From an uncultured Actinomycetota bacterium (lineage in GTDB: Bacteria; Actinomycetota; UBA4738; HRBIN12), in assembly GCA_963711655.1 (NCBI GenBank), contig CAVQEW010000015.1, forward strand, positions 241,050-305,049: a DNA stretch of 64,000 bases, read 5' to 3'. Below are positions 35,947 to 44,366 of this stretch, in pieces. The position numbers and the translations under genes were made by a program. Every line of letters starts with the position of its first letter. The first letter of the stretch is position 1. The notes under the pieces were generated by a model. The model searched no databases. It was not told where the DNA came from and saw nothing but the letters and a program-made list of their open reading frames with translations.

Positions 35947-36310
35947 ATGCCCCTCAACGAGAACGAACAGAAGATCCTCGAAGAAGATCGAACGACGGCT
36001 GTCGGAGGAAGATCCGAGACTCGTCGATCAGGTCTCGCGCACGGACCTGCACACGCACGCCTGGGTGCGGATGAAGATGGCGATCGCGGGCTTCGTCTTC
36101 GGGCTGCTGTTGTTGCTCCTGGTCGCCGTCTCACCTTGGGTCGCGGCCGCCGGTTTCGTCGTGATGACGTTGTCCGCGATGCTCGCCTACCGCTACGCCG
36201 GGCGGCTCGGCGACGATCGGGTCGCTCCGGGCACGTTCGGCAGGATCGCGTCCCGCGTCGCCGGACGCCTCCGACCGCCGCCGTCGGAGCCTCCGTCCGA
36301 CGATCGCTAG
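35947..36310 (+). pseudogene. DUF3040-like small membrane protein; one +1 frameshift as sequenced
   Basis: MPLNENEQKILEE lies in the frame of ORF 35947. IERRLSEEDPRLVDQVSRTDLHTH...MAIAGFVFGLLLLLLVAVSPWVAAAGFVVMTLSAMLAY lies in the frame of ORF 35942..36310. The junction is at about 35981-35987. Confidence 0.7.
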
Positions 36311-36529
36311 CGTCTCGCGACATCGCGCGTGCGCGTCTTCGGCACGAACACCGCGTCGATCACACCGTCTGACCACTGCGCTTGCCACGACTTCGCGGAT
36401 GGGTGTACAACGTGCACTCCTTCCCCCTGGGTGCGAGTTCGTCGCCGAGGACGGGTTCCCGGGAGGCCCGTGACGGTCGCGCCGCGTTGTTCAGGTTCAG
36501 TGTTGTCGTGATCGAAGGGGCGCGCGCCG

Positions 36530-37024
36530 ATGGAGGGTTTCACCGCGCATCAAGCGTGCAAGTTCACCGGGTGCTCGCCGCGTCAACTCCGCTACTGGGA
36601 CGAGATCGGGCTCGTCCAACCATCCGTCCAAGGAACGGGAGGGCGTCCGGGGGTGCCGCGCCTCTACTCGTTCCGCGATCTCGTCGCCCTCCGGGTCGTG
36701 AAGTCGCTCCTGGACGGCGGGATGTCGTTGCAACGGGTACGCCGCTCCTGGGAGTTCCTCACCAAGAAGGCCGGCCTCACACGGCATCTGTCCGAGGTGA
36801 AGCTGGTGACCGACGGCCAGTCGATCTTCAAGATCTGCAGGCGCGACGGTGAGGTGATCGACGCCCTCCGCGACGGGCAGATGGCGTTCTTCGTGGCGAT
36901 CGACGACATCGCGACGGGGGTGGAGACGAAGGTCCGCCAGTTCGAGGAGGACCGAGAGAAGTTCGTCCGTGCCCTTCGAGCCGCCGCCGCGCACACGGCG
37001 ACCGGTCAGTCAGCCGCCCGCTAG
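36530..37024 (+). CDS. MerR-family transcriptional regulator
   Basis: 164 aa. FTAHQACKFTGCSPRQLRYWDEIGLVQP...RLYSFRDLVALRVVKSLLDGGMSLQRV is the MerR winged-HTH pattern. Confidence 0.8.
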   Translation: MEGFTAHQACKFTGCSPRQLRYWDEIGLVQPSVQGTGGRPGVPRLYSFRDLVALRVVKSLLDGGMSLQRVRRSWEFLTKKAGLTRHLSEVKLVTDGQSIFKICRRDGEVIDALRDGQMAFFVAIDDIATGVETKVRQFEEDREKFVRALRAAAAHTATGQSAAR

Positions 37025-39308
37025 CCCCAGCGGCCTCGGTAGAGCCCGACGAACCAGGTGGCGGGCCCGACGGCCTGCCGGATCTCCCGGATCGCGGTCT
37101 CCGCCGCGGTGCCTGCGTCTCGTGCCTGTTCGTCGTCGGGTTCGTGGTGGGAGTACGCAGCCGCGCTCGCGAGCTTCGTCAGGCGATCGAGATGACCGTT
37201 CGACAGGTAGCCCGTCTCCAATACCTTGCGGCGGTACTCATCCAGCGTCTCGCCCGCGCCGCGGCCGAGCCCCAGCCCGGCGGCGCGTTCCGTGAACACC
37301 TCGTACGTTTCCAGGATCAGCCGCCGGGGCTCGTCCGCCGCCCGCCGCAGCCGGACCCGTCGCCGCAGCGCACGCACGGGTGGGACGAGGAGCAGCACGA
37401 GCCCCGCGACGATCGCGCCGAGCAGGAGCGCCATCCTCGCGCTGATGAACGGCCGATCGTCGGCGATGTCGATCGTGCCGGAAGGGCCGGTGGCTCCACG
37501 TGGGCCGCCGAGCCGTGGATCGTTCTCGACCCGTTCCCGTTGGCTCGTGCCGGACCCAACCACGGCGCCTGGGCCTTCTGGCGCGCCCCCGCCGTTCTCG
37601 CCGCACTCGGGGCAGGACGGGTCGGCCGAGATGTAACTGACGGCGTTGGTTCGACCAGGCGTCGGCTCGAACGGCATCCACCCCCATCCGGGGAAATAGA
37701 CCTCCACCCACGCATGCGCCTGCTGCGTCGTGTACGAGTACCGACCCCCGCCCGCCGGGATGCCGGTCGCGAAGCCGACGACCACCCGGGACTGGATGCC
37801 GATCGAGCGGAGCATCGCCGCCATCGCCGTCGCGAACTGCTGGCAGAACCCCGCCTTCGTCTCTGTCAGGAACTCGAGGATCGAGAGCGGCCCGGAGCGG
37901 AGAGGCACGTCGACCTTGTAGATGAATTCCGAGGAACGGAGGCGTTCCTCGATGGCCACGACCTCGTCGAACACGTTGTCGGTGCCGGCCGTCCACTCGA
38001 GCGCGAGGGACCGGATCTCCGGGGGGAGGTCAGCCGGGACGCGCGAGTACCGACCGCCTTCGAGATCGTTGAAGAACGGGATGTTCCGAAGCGCCTCCGC
38101 CGTCGGACGGGCGTTCGACATCGTCACGGTATAGGTGTCACCCCGCTCGAGGGGGCGGTCGACGAACGCGGTCTGGGTCGCCGCATCGAAGCGAACGGTC
38201 CGGTCCGGCACGCTCTCGATCGAGAGCAGCGGCGAAGGGGCCGGCAGGTAGTTCTGCGCCAGACCGCTCACGATCTCGATCCTCGCGGTGGTCGAGATCG
38301 CCCCGTTCCTGGTCGGCGAGCTGCTGGCCGAGCGGAACGACGCTGCCTTCCGTGTCGTCGACCCGTTGCCATCCGACGCCGTCGAAGTCGGGGAGGGTCA
38401 CGAGCCGGATGTACACAGGCCGCTCGGCGGTGACCAGGAGCGTCTCGACCGGGTCGTCCTGCTCCAGCGACTGCTGGATCGAGACGAATGGGTCGATCGC
38501 GACGCGATCCGAGGCCGGTGTGCCGAAATCCACGATCCCCTTCGACCCGAATCCGGGCACGATGATGGGGGAGAGGAGGGCGGCGCCCAGTGCGGTGAAG
38601 GCGAGCCGCCTCGCACCGCGCCCGGCCGTCGCGGCGACGCCACGGCGGCCCGAGGTCCATACGGGCCCCCACCCCTGGACACGAGCGAGCCCGTCCGCGA
38701 ACACGACCAGGATCGCCGCGGCCAGGAACGCCACGCCGTACAGGGGTTTCACGAACTCCTCGAGCACCGTGTCGGCGAACGCCACGAGCGCCACCGGAGG
38801 GACGAGGCCGAGCAGCGGGCTGCCGGCACGGAACGCGAGCGCGTGGGCGGAGAACACCGCGGCCCACAGGGAGACGACCGCGGCAAGGAGGAGCGGACCG
38901 ATCGGCTCCGCCGGCGCGGGCTGGATCCTCGCCTGCTCCCCGACGAGCGCGGCGGCATCCAGGGCGGCCCGGAGGGTGTCGGCGGTCGGGAGGCCGTACC
39001 AGGTCGTCTCCGGGGAAGACGACGAGACCGATCGCCAGCGCGAGGCCGATCCCGCTCGCCACGGTGGACAGGAGCAGGCCCCTCCGCTCGAACGCGACCG
39101 CGAGGGAGGCCGCCGCGAGCGCGACGCCGATCAGTCGCAGCGTCGCGGCCGCACCCAGGAACACCCGTCCGAACGCGAGCGCCGTCGTGACCGCCAAGAG
39201 GAGGGCGGCGGCGAGCGCGATCAGACGATGCGCGCGAGCGGACGTTCCAGCGGCGTGTGCCATCGCTCCAGCAATCTCATCGAGGGAGGCAGGACGATCA
39301 CGTCCCAC
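37021..39308 (-). pseudogene. transglutaminase-domain membrane protein (third gene of the MoxR-DUF58-TGase operon); two +1 frameshifts as sequenced
   Basis: The protein is spread over three ORF pieces.
- 38268..39308: real text to ...IGLALAIGLVVFPG.
- 38138..38857 plus its open upstream extension: ETTWYGLPTADTLRAALD...AVFSAHALAFRAGSPLLGLV...PVYIRLVTLPDFDGVGWQRV.
- 37021..38271: ...LEFLTETKAGFCQQFATAMAAMLRSIGIQSRVVVGF...QAHAWVEVYFPGWGWMPFEPTP, the TGase Cys-His core.
The junctions are at about 39011 and 38305. The start is uncertain (39308 or ATG 39263). Confidence 0.8.
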
Positions 39309-40450
39309 CCGGCGCGGGCGAGGGACAGGCGGGCCTGGCTGGCTCGCCCTTCGAGCTGCGCCTGCCGCTCCGGCGGCAGACGCACGGGATCGGTCGCGTA
39401 GATCAAGATCGCGAGCTTCTGGCCGAAGCCCGCGCCGGCGCGGATCAGGGCTCCGAGCTCGGCCGGCACCGGAGGCGCGGACACGAACACGAGCGACGTG
39501 TCGGGAGAGGAACCGGCGCGGAGGTGCGCGAGCGCGGGCCCGATCGATCGCACCTCCGCGTGCGAGATCCCGGTGAGCGCATCGAGGAAGCGCTCCTCGG
39601 ACAGGGCGGCCGCCGGGAGCTCCGTGGTCCCCAGCCGGAGCACGAATCCCCGGCGGGCCAGCAGCACACCGACCGAGGCAGCCGCCGAGACCCCACGTTC
39701 GAAGGCGGGCGTGTGCGTGCGGCCGAGAGCGGCGCCGCGTGTGTCGAGGAACACGAGCCCGCTCGCGCGCCGGGTCGATTCGTCCTGGCGGATCATCAGC
39801 TCGCCGGTCCGGGCGACGGAGGGCCAGTGGATCCGCCGGAGGTCGTCACCCTCCTGGTACGCGCGCATCGTGTAGTACTCCTCACCGGTCCGGAACAGCT
39901 GCCGAGCGCGCGAGGCTCCGAAGGACGGCCCGGATGCAGGGTCCGGGGCCGCACCGAGATCCTCGATCTCGGGAGCCACCAGCAGCTCATCACGGTCATC
40001 GAACTCGAGACGCAGCCTCGAGAGAGCGAAGGGGTCCGACACGTCGAGGACGAGCGGCCCGAGGACGTAGCGGCCCCGCGACTGCGGCACAAGCGTGTAC
40101 GTCGCCTGCTCATGCTCTCCGGGACGGATCCCGCCGATCACGAGCCGTGCGGCCCGGCCGAGTGGAGTGGGCAGGCGGTCTTCCAACATCAGGAACGAGG
40201 TGGCCAACGGTGACCGGTTCTCGACGTCGAGCGTCACGGTCACGCGGGCGCCGGGGGTGATCCGCACGTCGGACAGACGCCGCCGCACCGAGAGCTTGCG
40301 GGCTCCTCGCTTGGCCACGAACGAGGCGAGCACGGGGAGCGCCGCGATGCCGATCGCGACCACCTCGAGCCCGGGCGAGCCGAGGAACCGGGCGGCCAGC
40401 CACATCGCGATGCCCGTCACGAAGACGGTCACCCCGCGGCCGGCGATCAT
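39221..40450 (-). CDS. DUF58-domain protein
   Basis: 409 aa. It has two N-terminal TM helices. FRTGEEYYTMRAYQEGDDLRRIHWPSVARTGELMIRQDE is the DUF58 signature region. The ATG overlaps the MoxR stop (ATGA). Confidence 0.85.
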   Translation of the reverse strand: MIAGRGVTVFVTGIAMWLAARFLGSPGLEVVAIGIAALPVLASFVAKRGARKLSVRRRLSDVRITPGARVTVTLDVENRSPLATSFLMLEDRLPTPLGRAARLVIGGIRPGEHEQATYTLVPQSRGRYVLGPLVLDVSDPFALSRLRLEFDDRDELLVAPEIEDLGAAPDPASGPSFGASRARQLFRTGEEYYTMRAYQEGDDLRRIHWPSVARTGELMIRQDESTRRASGLVFLDTRGAALGRTHTPAFERGVSAAASVGVLLARRGFVLRLGTTELPAAALSEERFLDALTGISHAEVRSIGPALAHLRAGSSPDTSLVFVSAPPVPAELGALIRAGAGFGQKLAILIYATDPVRLPPERQAQLEGRASQARLSLARAGWDVIVLPPSMRLLERWHTPLERPLARIV

Positions 40451-41424
40451 CAGGGGCTCTCGGTGAGAGGAACTTCAACCTCGTCGACGATCTCTCGGAC
40501 CAGGACCTCGGCCGAGCGACCGCTCATGATCGCGTCCGCGGTGACGATGATCCGGTGCGAGAGCGCGACCGGGGCGAGCGTCTTCACGTCGTCCGGGATC
40601 ACGTAGTCCCGCTCCTCGGCGGCGGCCAGCGCGCGGGCGGCTCGCAGGATCATGATCGAGGCCCGCGGACTCGCGCCCAGGTAGACGTCGGAGTGGCGCC
40701 GCGTCGCCTCCACGAGATCGACGATGTACTTCCGGATCGCCGGCGCCGCATGGACCCTCCGGGCTTCCTCGATCATGTCGCGGACGCCGCTCGCGTCGCT
40801 CACGGGCCGGATGTCGTCGAGCGGCGCGCCGGACGCATGGCTCGCGAGGATCTCCGCCGCGACGTCCGCGTCCGGATAGCCGATCGCGAGGCGCAGCATG
40901 AACCGATCCAGCTGCGCCTCGGGCAGGGGATAGGTCCCTTCGTGCTCGATCGGGTTCTGGGTCGCGATCACGATGAACGGCGTTCCCAGGGTGTGCGTCT
41001 CGGTGTCGACGGTGACCTGCCGCTCCTCCATGCACTCCAGCAGCGCGGACTGGGTCTTCGGGGAGGCGCGGTTGATCTCGTCACCGAGCACGATGTTGGC
41101 GAAGATCGCGCCGGGCTTGAACTCGAAGTCACCCGCTTCCTGACTGAACACGTTGACCCCGGTGACATCGGTCGGGAGCAGGTCCGGGGTGAACTGGATC
41201 CGTCGGAACGAACAGTCGATCGACCGGGCGATCGACTTCGCGAGCATGGTCTTGCCGACGCCGGGCACGTCCTCGATCAGCAGGTGGCCTTCGGCGACGA
41301 GCGCGACGAGCGCGAGCCTGATCTCCTTGTGCTTGCCCCGGACGACCTGCTCGACGTTCTCCTCGATCTGGCGGAATCGAGCGGCGAACGCCCGCGGATC
41401 CGGGAGCTTCTCTCGTACTTCCAT
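40450..41424 (-). CDS. moxR: MoxR-family AAA+ ATPase
   Basis: 324 aa. It has GHLLIEDVPGVGKTMLAKSIARS (Walker A), ANIVLGDEINRASPKTQSALLECMEE (Walker B) and VIATQNPIEHEGTYPLPEAQLDRF. Confidence 0.92.
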   Translation of the reverse strand: MEVREKLPDPRAFAARFRQIEENVEQVVRGKHKEIRLALVALVAEGHLLIEDVPGVGKTMLAKSIARSIDCSFRRIQFTPDLLPTDVTGVNVFSQEAGDFEFKPGAIFANIVLGDEINRASPKTQSALLECMEERQVTVDTETHTLGTPFIVIATQNPIEHEGTYPLPEAQLDRFMLRLAIGYPDADVAAEILASHASGAPLDDIRPVSDASGVRDMIEEARRVHAAPAIRKYIVDLVEATRRHSDVYLGASPRASIMILRAARALAAAEERDYVIPDDVKTLAPVALSHRIIVTADAIMSGRSAEVLVREIVDEVEVPLTESP

Positions 41425-41714
41425 CAGTGTCCGACCCCTGAGCTCGATGGCAGGTCACAATCTTACGTCCGAGAGGGGAGCTGGGTTGCCCCGAAGGACC
41501 AGACGCAAGCCGGTGACGGCAAGTTCCCGACAGAGGCTCGAGGGTCGGACGCGACGAGGGCGGGCCGGCCCACGAACGGACGCCCCGAGCGGCCCCTATT
41601 CGCAACGATCAGGCATCGCGCGCGGGCCAACCCGCCTTCGTCGGGAAGATTACACGGTTGTGATTCGCCCGTTCGTATCCCTCGCGGTTCGTGCGAGGTC
41701 GCTACACTGCGCGC

Positions 41715-42200
41715 ATGGGACGCGCCCTCGTGCTGAACGCGTCGGAGTCGCCGCTCGCGGTGGTGGCAGCCAGGCGGGCGGTCGTCATGGTGCTCAAGGA
41801 GAAAGCCGACGTCGTCCTCAGCAACGGCCTCGTGTTCCATTCGGCGCACCTGACGATCGAGGCGCCGTCCGTCGTGCGGTTGCGCCGGTACGTCCACGTT
41901 CCCTATCGCCCGCACGCACCGCTCACGCGGCGAGCGGTCTTCGCCCGTGACCTCAGCACGTGCCAGTACTGCGGCGCGGCGGCGGAGAACCTCGACCACG
42001 TGATCCCTCGTTCCCGCGGGGGCCTGCACACCTGGGAGAACGTCGTCGCCTCCTGCCGCAAGTGCAACGCGCGCAAGGAGGATCGAACCCCGCAGGAAGC
42101 CGGGTTCTCCCTGCTGCGTCAGCCGTACGCGCCTCGGGACGGCTTCCACCTGACGCTCGGCCGGATCGAACCCGGCTGGGAGCTCTACCTGGCTTCCTAG
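41715..42200 (+). CDS. small HNH endonuclease-domain protein
   Basis: It lies in the frame of ORF 41691..42200, and I prefer ATG 41715 ([11 protein letters not shown]). [39 protein letters not shown] is the HNH motif. Confidence 0.8.
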   Translation: MGRALVLNASESPLAVVAARRAVVMVLKEKADVVLSNGLVFHSAHLTIEAPSVVRLRRYVHVPYRPHAPLTRRAVFARDLSTCQYCGAAAENLDHVIPRSRGGLHTWENVVASCRKCNARKEDRTPQEAGFSLLRQPYAPRDGFHLTLGRIEPGWELYLAS

Positions 42201-42278
42201 GCCCTCCCATCGGCCCCGGCGCGACGAGCCCGTGCCTTCCTTTTCTTCCGCTGTTCTCGCATTTCCTCGGTCAGAGCA

Positions 42279-42322
42279 TTGACGGAGTGGAGTGTGAGTG
42301 GCATAAACGTGGGGCACAGTGG
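42279..42322 (+). promoter_or_regulatory. candidate dcw/mraZ promoter overlapped by four phased GTGG repeats (MraZ-operator-like)
   Basis: The promoter is TTGACG (42279..42284), 17 nt, then CATAAA (42302..42307). GTGG occurs at 42287, 42298, 42309 and 42319, giving spacings of 11, 11 and 10 nt. E. coli MraZ is known to bind phased GTGGG direct repeats in its own promoter. Confidence 0.45.
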
Positions 42323-42339
42323 AGGAGAGGGGAGGAGGC

Positions 42340-42786
42340 GTGGCCGAGCTCCTCGGCACGCATAGCTATTCACTCGACCCCAAAGGCAGGGTGTCGCTGC
42401 CCGCGAAGTTCCGCGAGGCATTCGACGAAGGCCTCTGGCTCACCATGGGCCAGGACCGGTGCCTGTACTGCTTCCCCAGGGCCGAGTGGGAGCGGCGGAG
42501 CAGCGAGGTCGACGCCTTCGCCCTCTCCGACAAGGACGGGCGCGCCTTCTCCCGACTGTTCTTCTCCTCCGCGGACGAGGTGAAGCTCGACGGCCAGGGG
42601 CGGGTGACGATCCCGCAGCGTCTCCGGGAGACGGTCGGGATCAAGAAGGAGGTCGTGGTCCTCGGCGTGCGCGAGCGCATGGAGATCTGGGACCGAGCGG
42701 AGTTCGAGCGGTATCGGGAAGCCCACGCGGCGGCCTACGAGAACGGTGACCTCGAGCCCCGCGGATCACGACCCCGCGAGACCTGA
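42340..42786 (+). CDS. mraZ: transcriptional regulator MraZ
   Basis: It lies in the frame of ORF 42319..42786, and I prefer GTG 42340, after GGGGAGGAGG. The text reads VAELLGTHSYSLDPKGRVSLPAKFREAF...DEVKLDGQGRVTIPQRLRE, which contains two SpoVT/AbrB-like repeats. Confidence 0.9.
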   Translation: MAELLGTHSYSLDPKGRVSLPAKFREAFDEGLWLTMGQDRCLYCFPRAEWERRSSEVDAFALSDKDGRAFSRLFFSSADEVKLDGQGRVTIPQRLRETVGIKKEVVVLGVRERMEIWDRAEFERYREAHAAAYENGDLEPRGSRPRET

Positions 42787-42847
42787 CGGGCGACCGCAGC
42801 CTGAACGACGGAACACGAGACGAAGCACGCGACGGCAACGGCGAGAA

Positions 42848-42890
42848 CGGCCAGAGGGCACGGCCAGAGCGGCCAGAGAGTACGGCCAGA
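42848..42890 (+). repeat. four copies of GGCCAGAG in the mraZ-rsmH spacer
   Basis: The copies lie at 42848, 42861, 42870 and 42883, within ACGGCCAGAGGGCACGGCCAGAGCGGCCAGAGAGTACGGCCAGAG. Confidence 0.8.
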
Positions 42891-42911
42891 GAGTGCGGAA
42901 GGAGTTGTGGG

Positions 42912-43025
42912 ATGCAGACGAAGCTTTCGACGGAGGTCCGGCAGAGCCTGTCGCTGCTCGCGATGACGGCGCTGACGCTGCTGGCCTCGATCGGTCTCGG
43001 GGTCCTGGCGGGACAGATCGGGTGA
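42912..43025 (+). CDS. candidate 37-aa single-pass membrane peptide between mraZ and rsmH
   Basis: AAGGAG lies 7 nt upstream of ATG 42912. The peptide is MQTKLSTEVRQSLSLLAMTALTLLASIGLGVLAGQIG*. Its TGA (43023..43025) abuts the rsmH GTG 43027. It is below the ORF-track size cutoff. Confidence 0.45.
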   Translation: MQTKLSTEVRQSLSLLAMTALTLLASIGLGVLAGQIG

Positions 43026-43026
43026 C

Positions 43027-43913
43027 GTGGCGAACGACCACGCGCTGCACGAGCCGGTCATGGTGGCCGAGGTCGTCGAGTTCCTGCTTCCGGGTGGGTC
43101 GGGGACCGGGAGAAGGGTCGCCGACATGACCCTGGGCACGGGGGGTCACGCCGCCGCGCTGCTCGAGGCCGGGGTGGAGCGAGTGATCGGGTTCGACCGA
43201 GACCCGGAGGCGCTCCGCGTCGCGCGCGAGCGCCTGGCGACGTACGGGGATCGCTTCACGGCGGTGCATCGACGCTTCTCCCAGGTCGGAGAGGCCGAAG
43301 CCACGGGGCCGCTGCATGGGGTCCTCTTCGACCTGGGAGTGTCGTCGATGCAGCTGGACGAGCCCGCCCGCGGGTTCGGGTACCGCATCGACGGACCGCT
43401 CGACATGCGCATGGGTGACAGCGACGTCACCGCGGCGGACCTCGTGAACGATCTCCCGGAGGGCGCGCTCGCCGATCTGCTCTTCGAGTACGGCCAGGAG
43501 CATCGCTCCCGGCGGGTCGCCGCCGCGATCGGTCGAGCACGGCAGCGAGGACGCATCGAGACCACCGACCAGCTGGCCGGTGTGGTCGCGAGCGCATTGG
43601 GACGACGTCCGGGGGGCCCCCACCCCGCGCGTCGGACGTTCCAGGCGCTCCGCATCGCGGTCAACCGGGAGCTCGAGGAGCTCGCCACCTCCCTGCCTCG
43701 GGCGGTCGGGCTCCTCGGCCCCGGTGGCCGCGTGGTCGTCCTGTCGTACCACTCCTTGGAGGACGGGATCGTCAAGCGCGCCTTCCGCGACGACGAGCGG
43801 CTCCGCGTCCTCACGAAGAAGCCGCTACGCCGACTCCGGAGGAGACGGCTCGCAACCCCCGGGCCCGCAGCGCCAAGCTGCGCGCCGCCGAGCGCATCGA
43901 GGAGGCGGCATGA
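43027..43913 (+). pseudogene. rsmH: 16S rRNA (cytosine1402-N4)-methyltransferase; frameshift near the 3' end as sequenced
   Basis: The N-terminal frame reads HEPVMVAEVVEFL...DMTLGTGGHAAALL...FDRDPEAL...GVLFDLGVSSMQLD...RGFGYR...PLDMRM...HPARRTFQALRIAVNRELEEL...VLSYHSLEDGIVKRAF...VLTKKPL. The end of the protein (PTPEETARNPRARSAKLRAAERIEEAA*) lies in frame +2 and stops at TGA 43911..43913. The junction is at about 43824-43830. Confidence 0.88.
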
Positions 43914-44366
43914 GTCTCCCCGCGCGCGAGGCGGAACGGTGGGCGCCGCCCGCCCGCCGGCAGCCCGATCCCACGTCGTGCGGTCAGCCCCGCACGCCTG
44001 CCCGCGACGCACCCGCCGATCCCCAACCCTCCCCATCCCCTTCGGCGGGGGCGTCGCGGGCACCACACCGCGTTCTGGGTGTTCACGGCGGTGGTCATGT
44101 CCGCCCTGGTCGTGGGCCTCGTCTCGGTGAACGCGATGCGCGTGGACGCCGCCTACCGCAGTCGGTCGCTGTCCGAGCAGCTCCGAACCCTCAGCGACGA
44201 GCAACGGACGCTCGTGAACGACGTCGCCCACCTCTCCTCCCCGTCCCGGATCGGTCGGTGGGCTCGCGTGGAGGGGCTCGTGCACCCGGCGCCGGGCGAC
44301 GTGGTGATCCTCCAGGTACCCGGCTCCTCGGACTCGCCGTCCTCCACGGTCGGGGCCGGGGGGTGA
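43910..44366 (+). pseudogene. ftsL: cell division protein FtsL-like; probable frameshift in the N-terminal tail
   Basis: ORF 44079..44366 gives a TM plus coiled coil (FWVFTAVVMSALVVGLVSVNAMRVDAAYRSRSLSEQLRTLSDEQRTL...PSRIGRWARVEGLVHP) but begins inside the TM. The only sensible start is ATG 43910, which overlaps the rsmH stop (ATGA) and lies one frame away. The junction is somewhere in 43975-44040. Confidence 0.6.

Noticed and set aside
36311-36529. The 219-nt spacer before the MerR gene, and the 266-nt spacer at 41425..41690, as possible small RNAs or riboswitches.
   Set aside because: I could not recognise any known RNA motif or convincing conserved-looking structure by eye. A short imperfect palindrome (GTGTACAACGTGCAC, about 36400) may be an operator, but the evidence is too weak to report as a feature.
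41715-42200. The HNH endonuclease as evidence of a mobile element, homing endonuclease or restriction system.
   Set aside because: It is a small stand-alone HNH protein with no adjacent methyltransferase, intein, intron, integrase or repeats. I recall similar genes sitting next to the dcw cluster in other Actinobacteria.
42848-42890. The GGCCAGAG repeats as a CRISPR array or a mobile-element terminus.
   Set aside because: The repeats are only 8 nt long with 1-5 nt between copies. There are no spacers of CRISPR size, no cas genes and no inverted termini. This is a simple short direct-repeat cluster.
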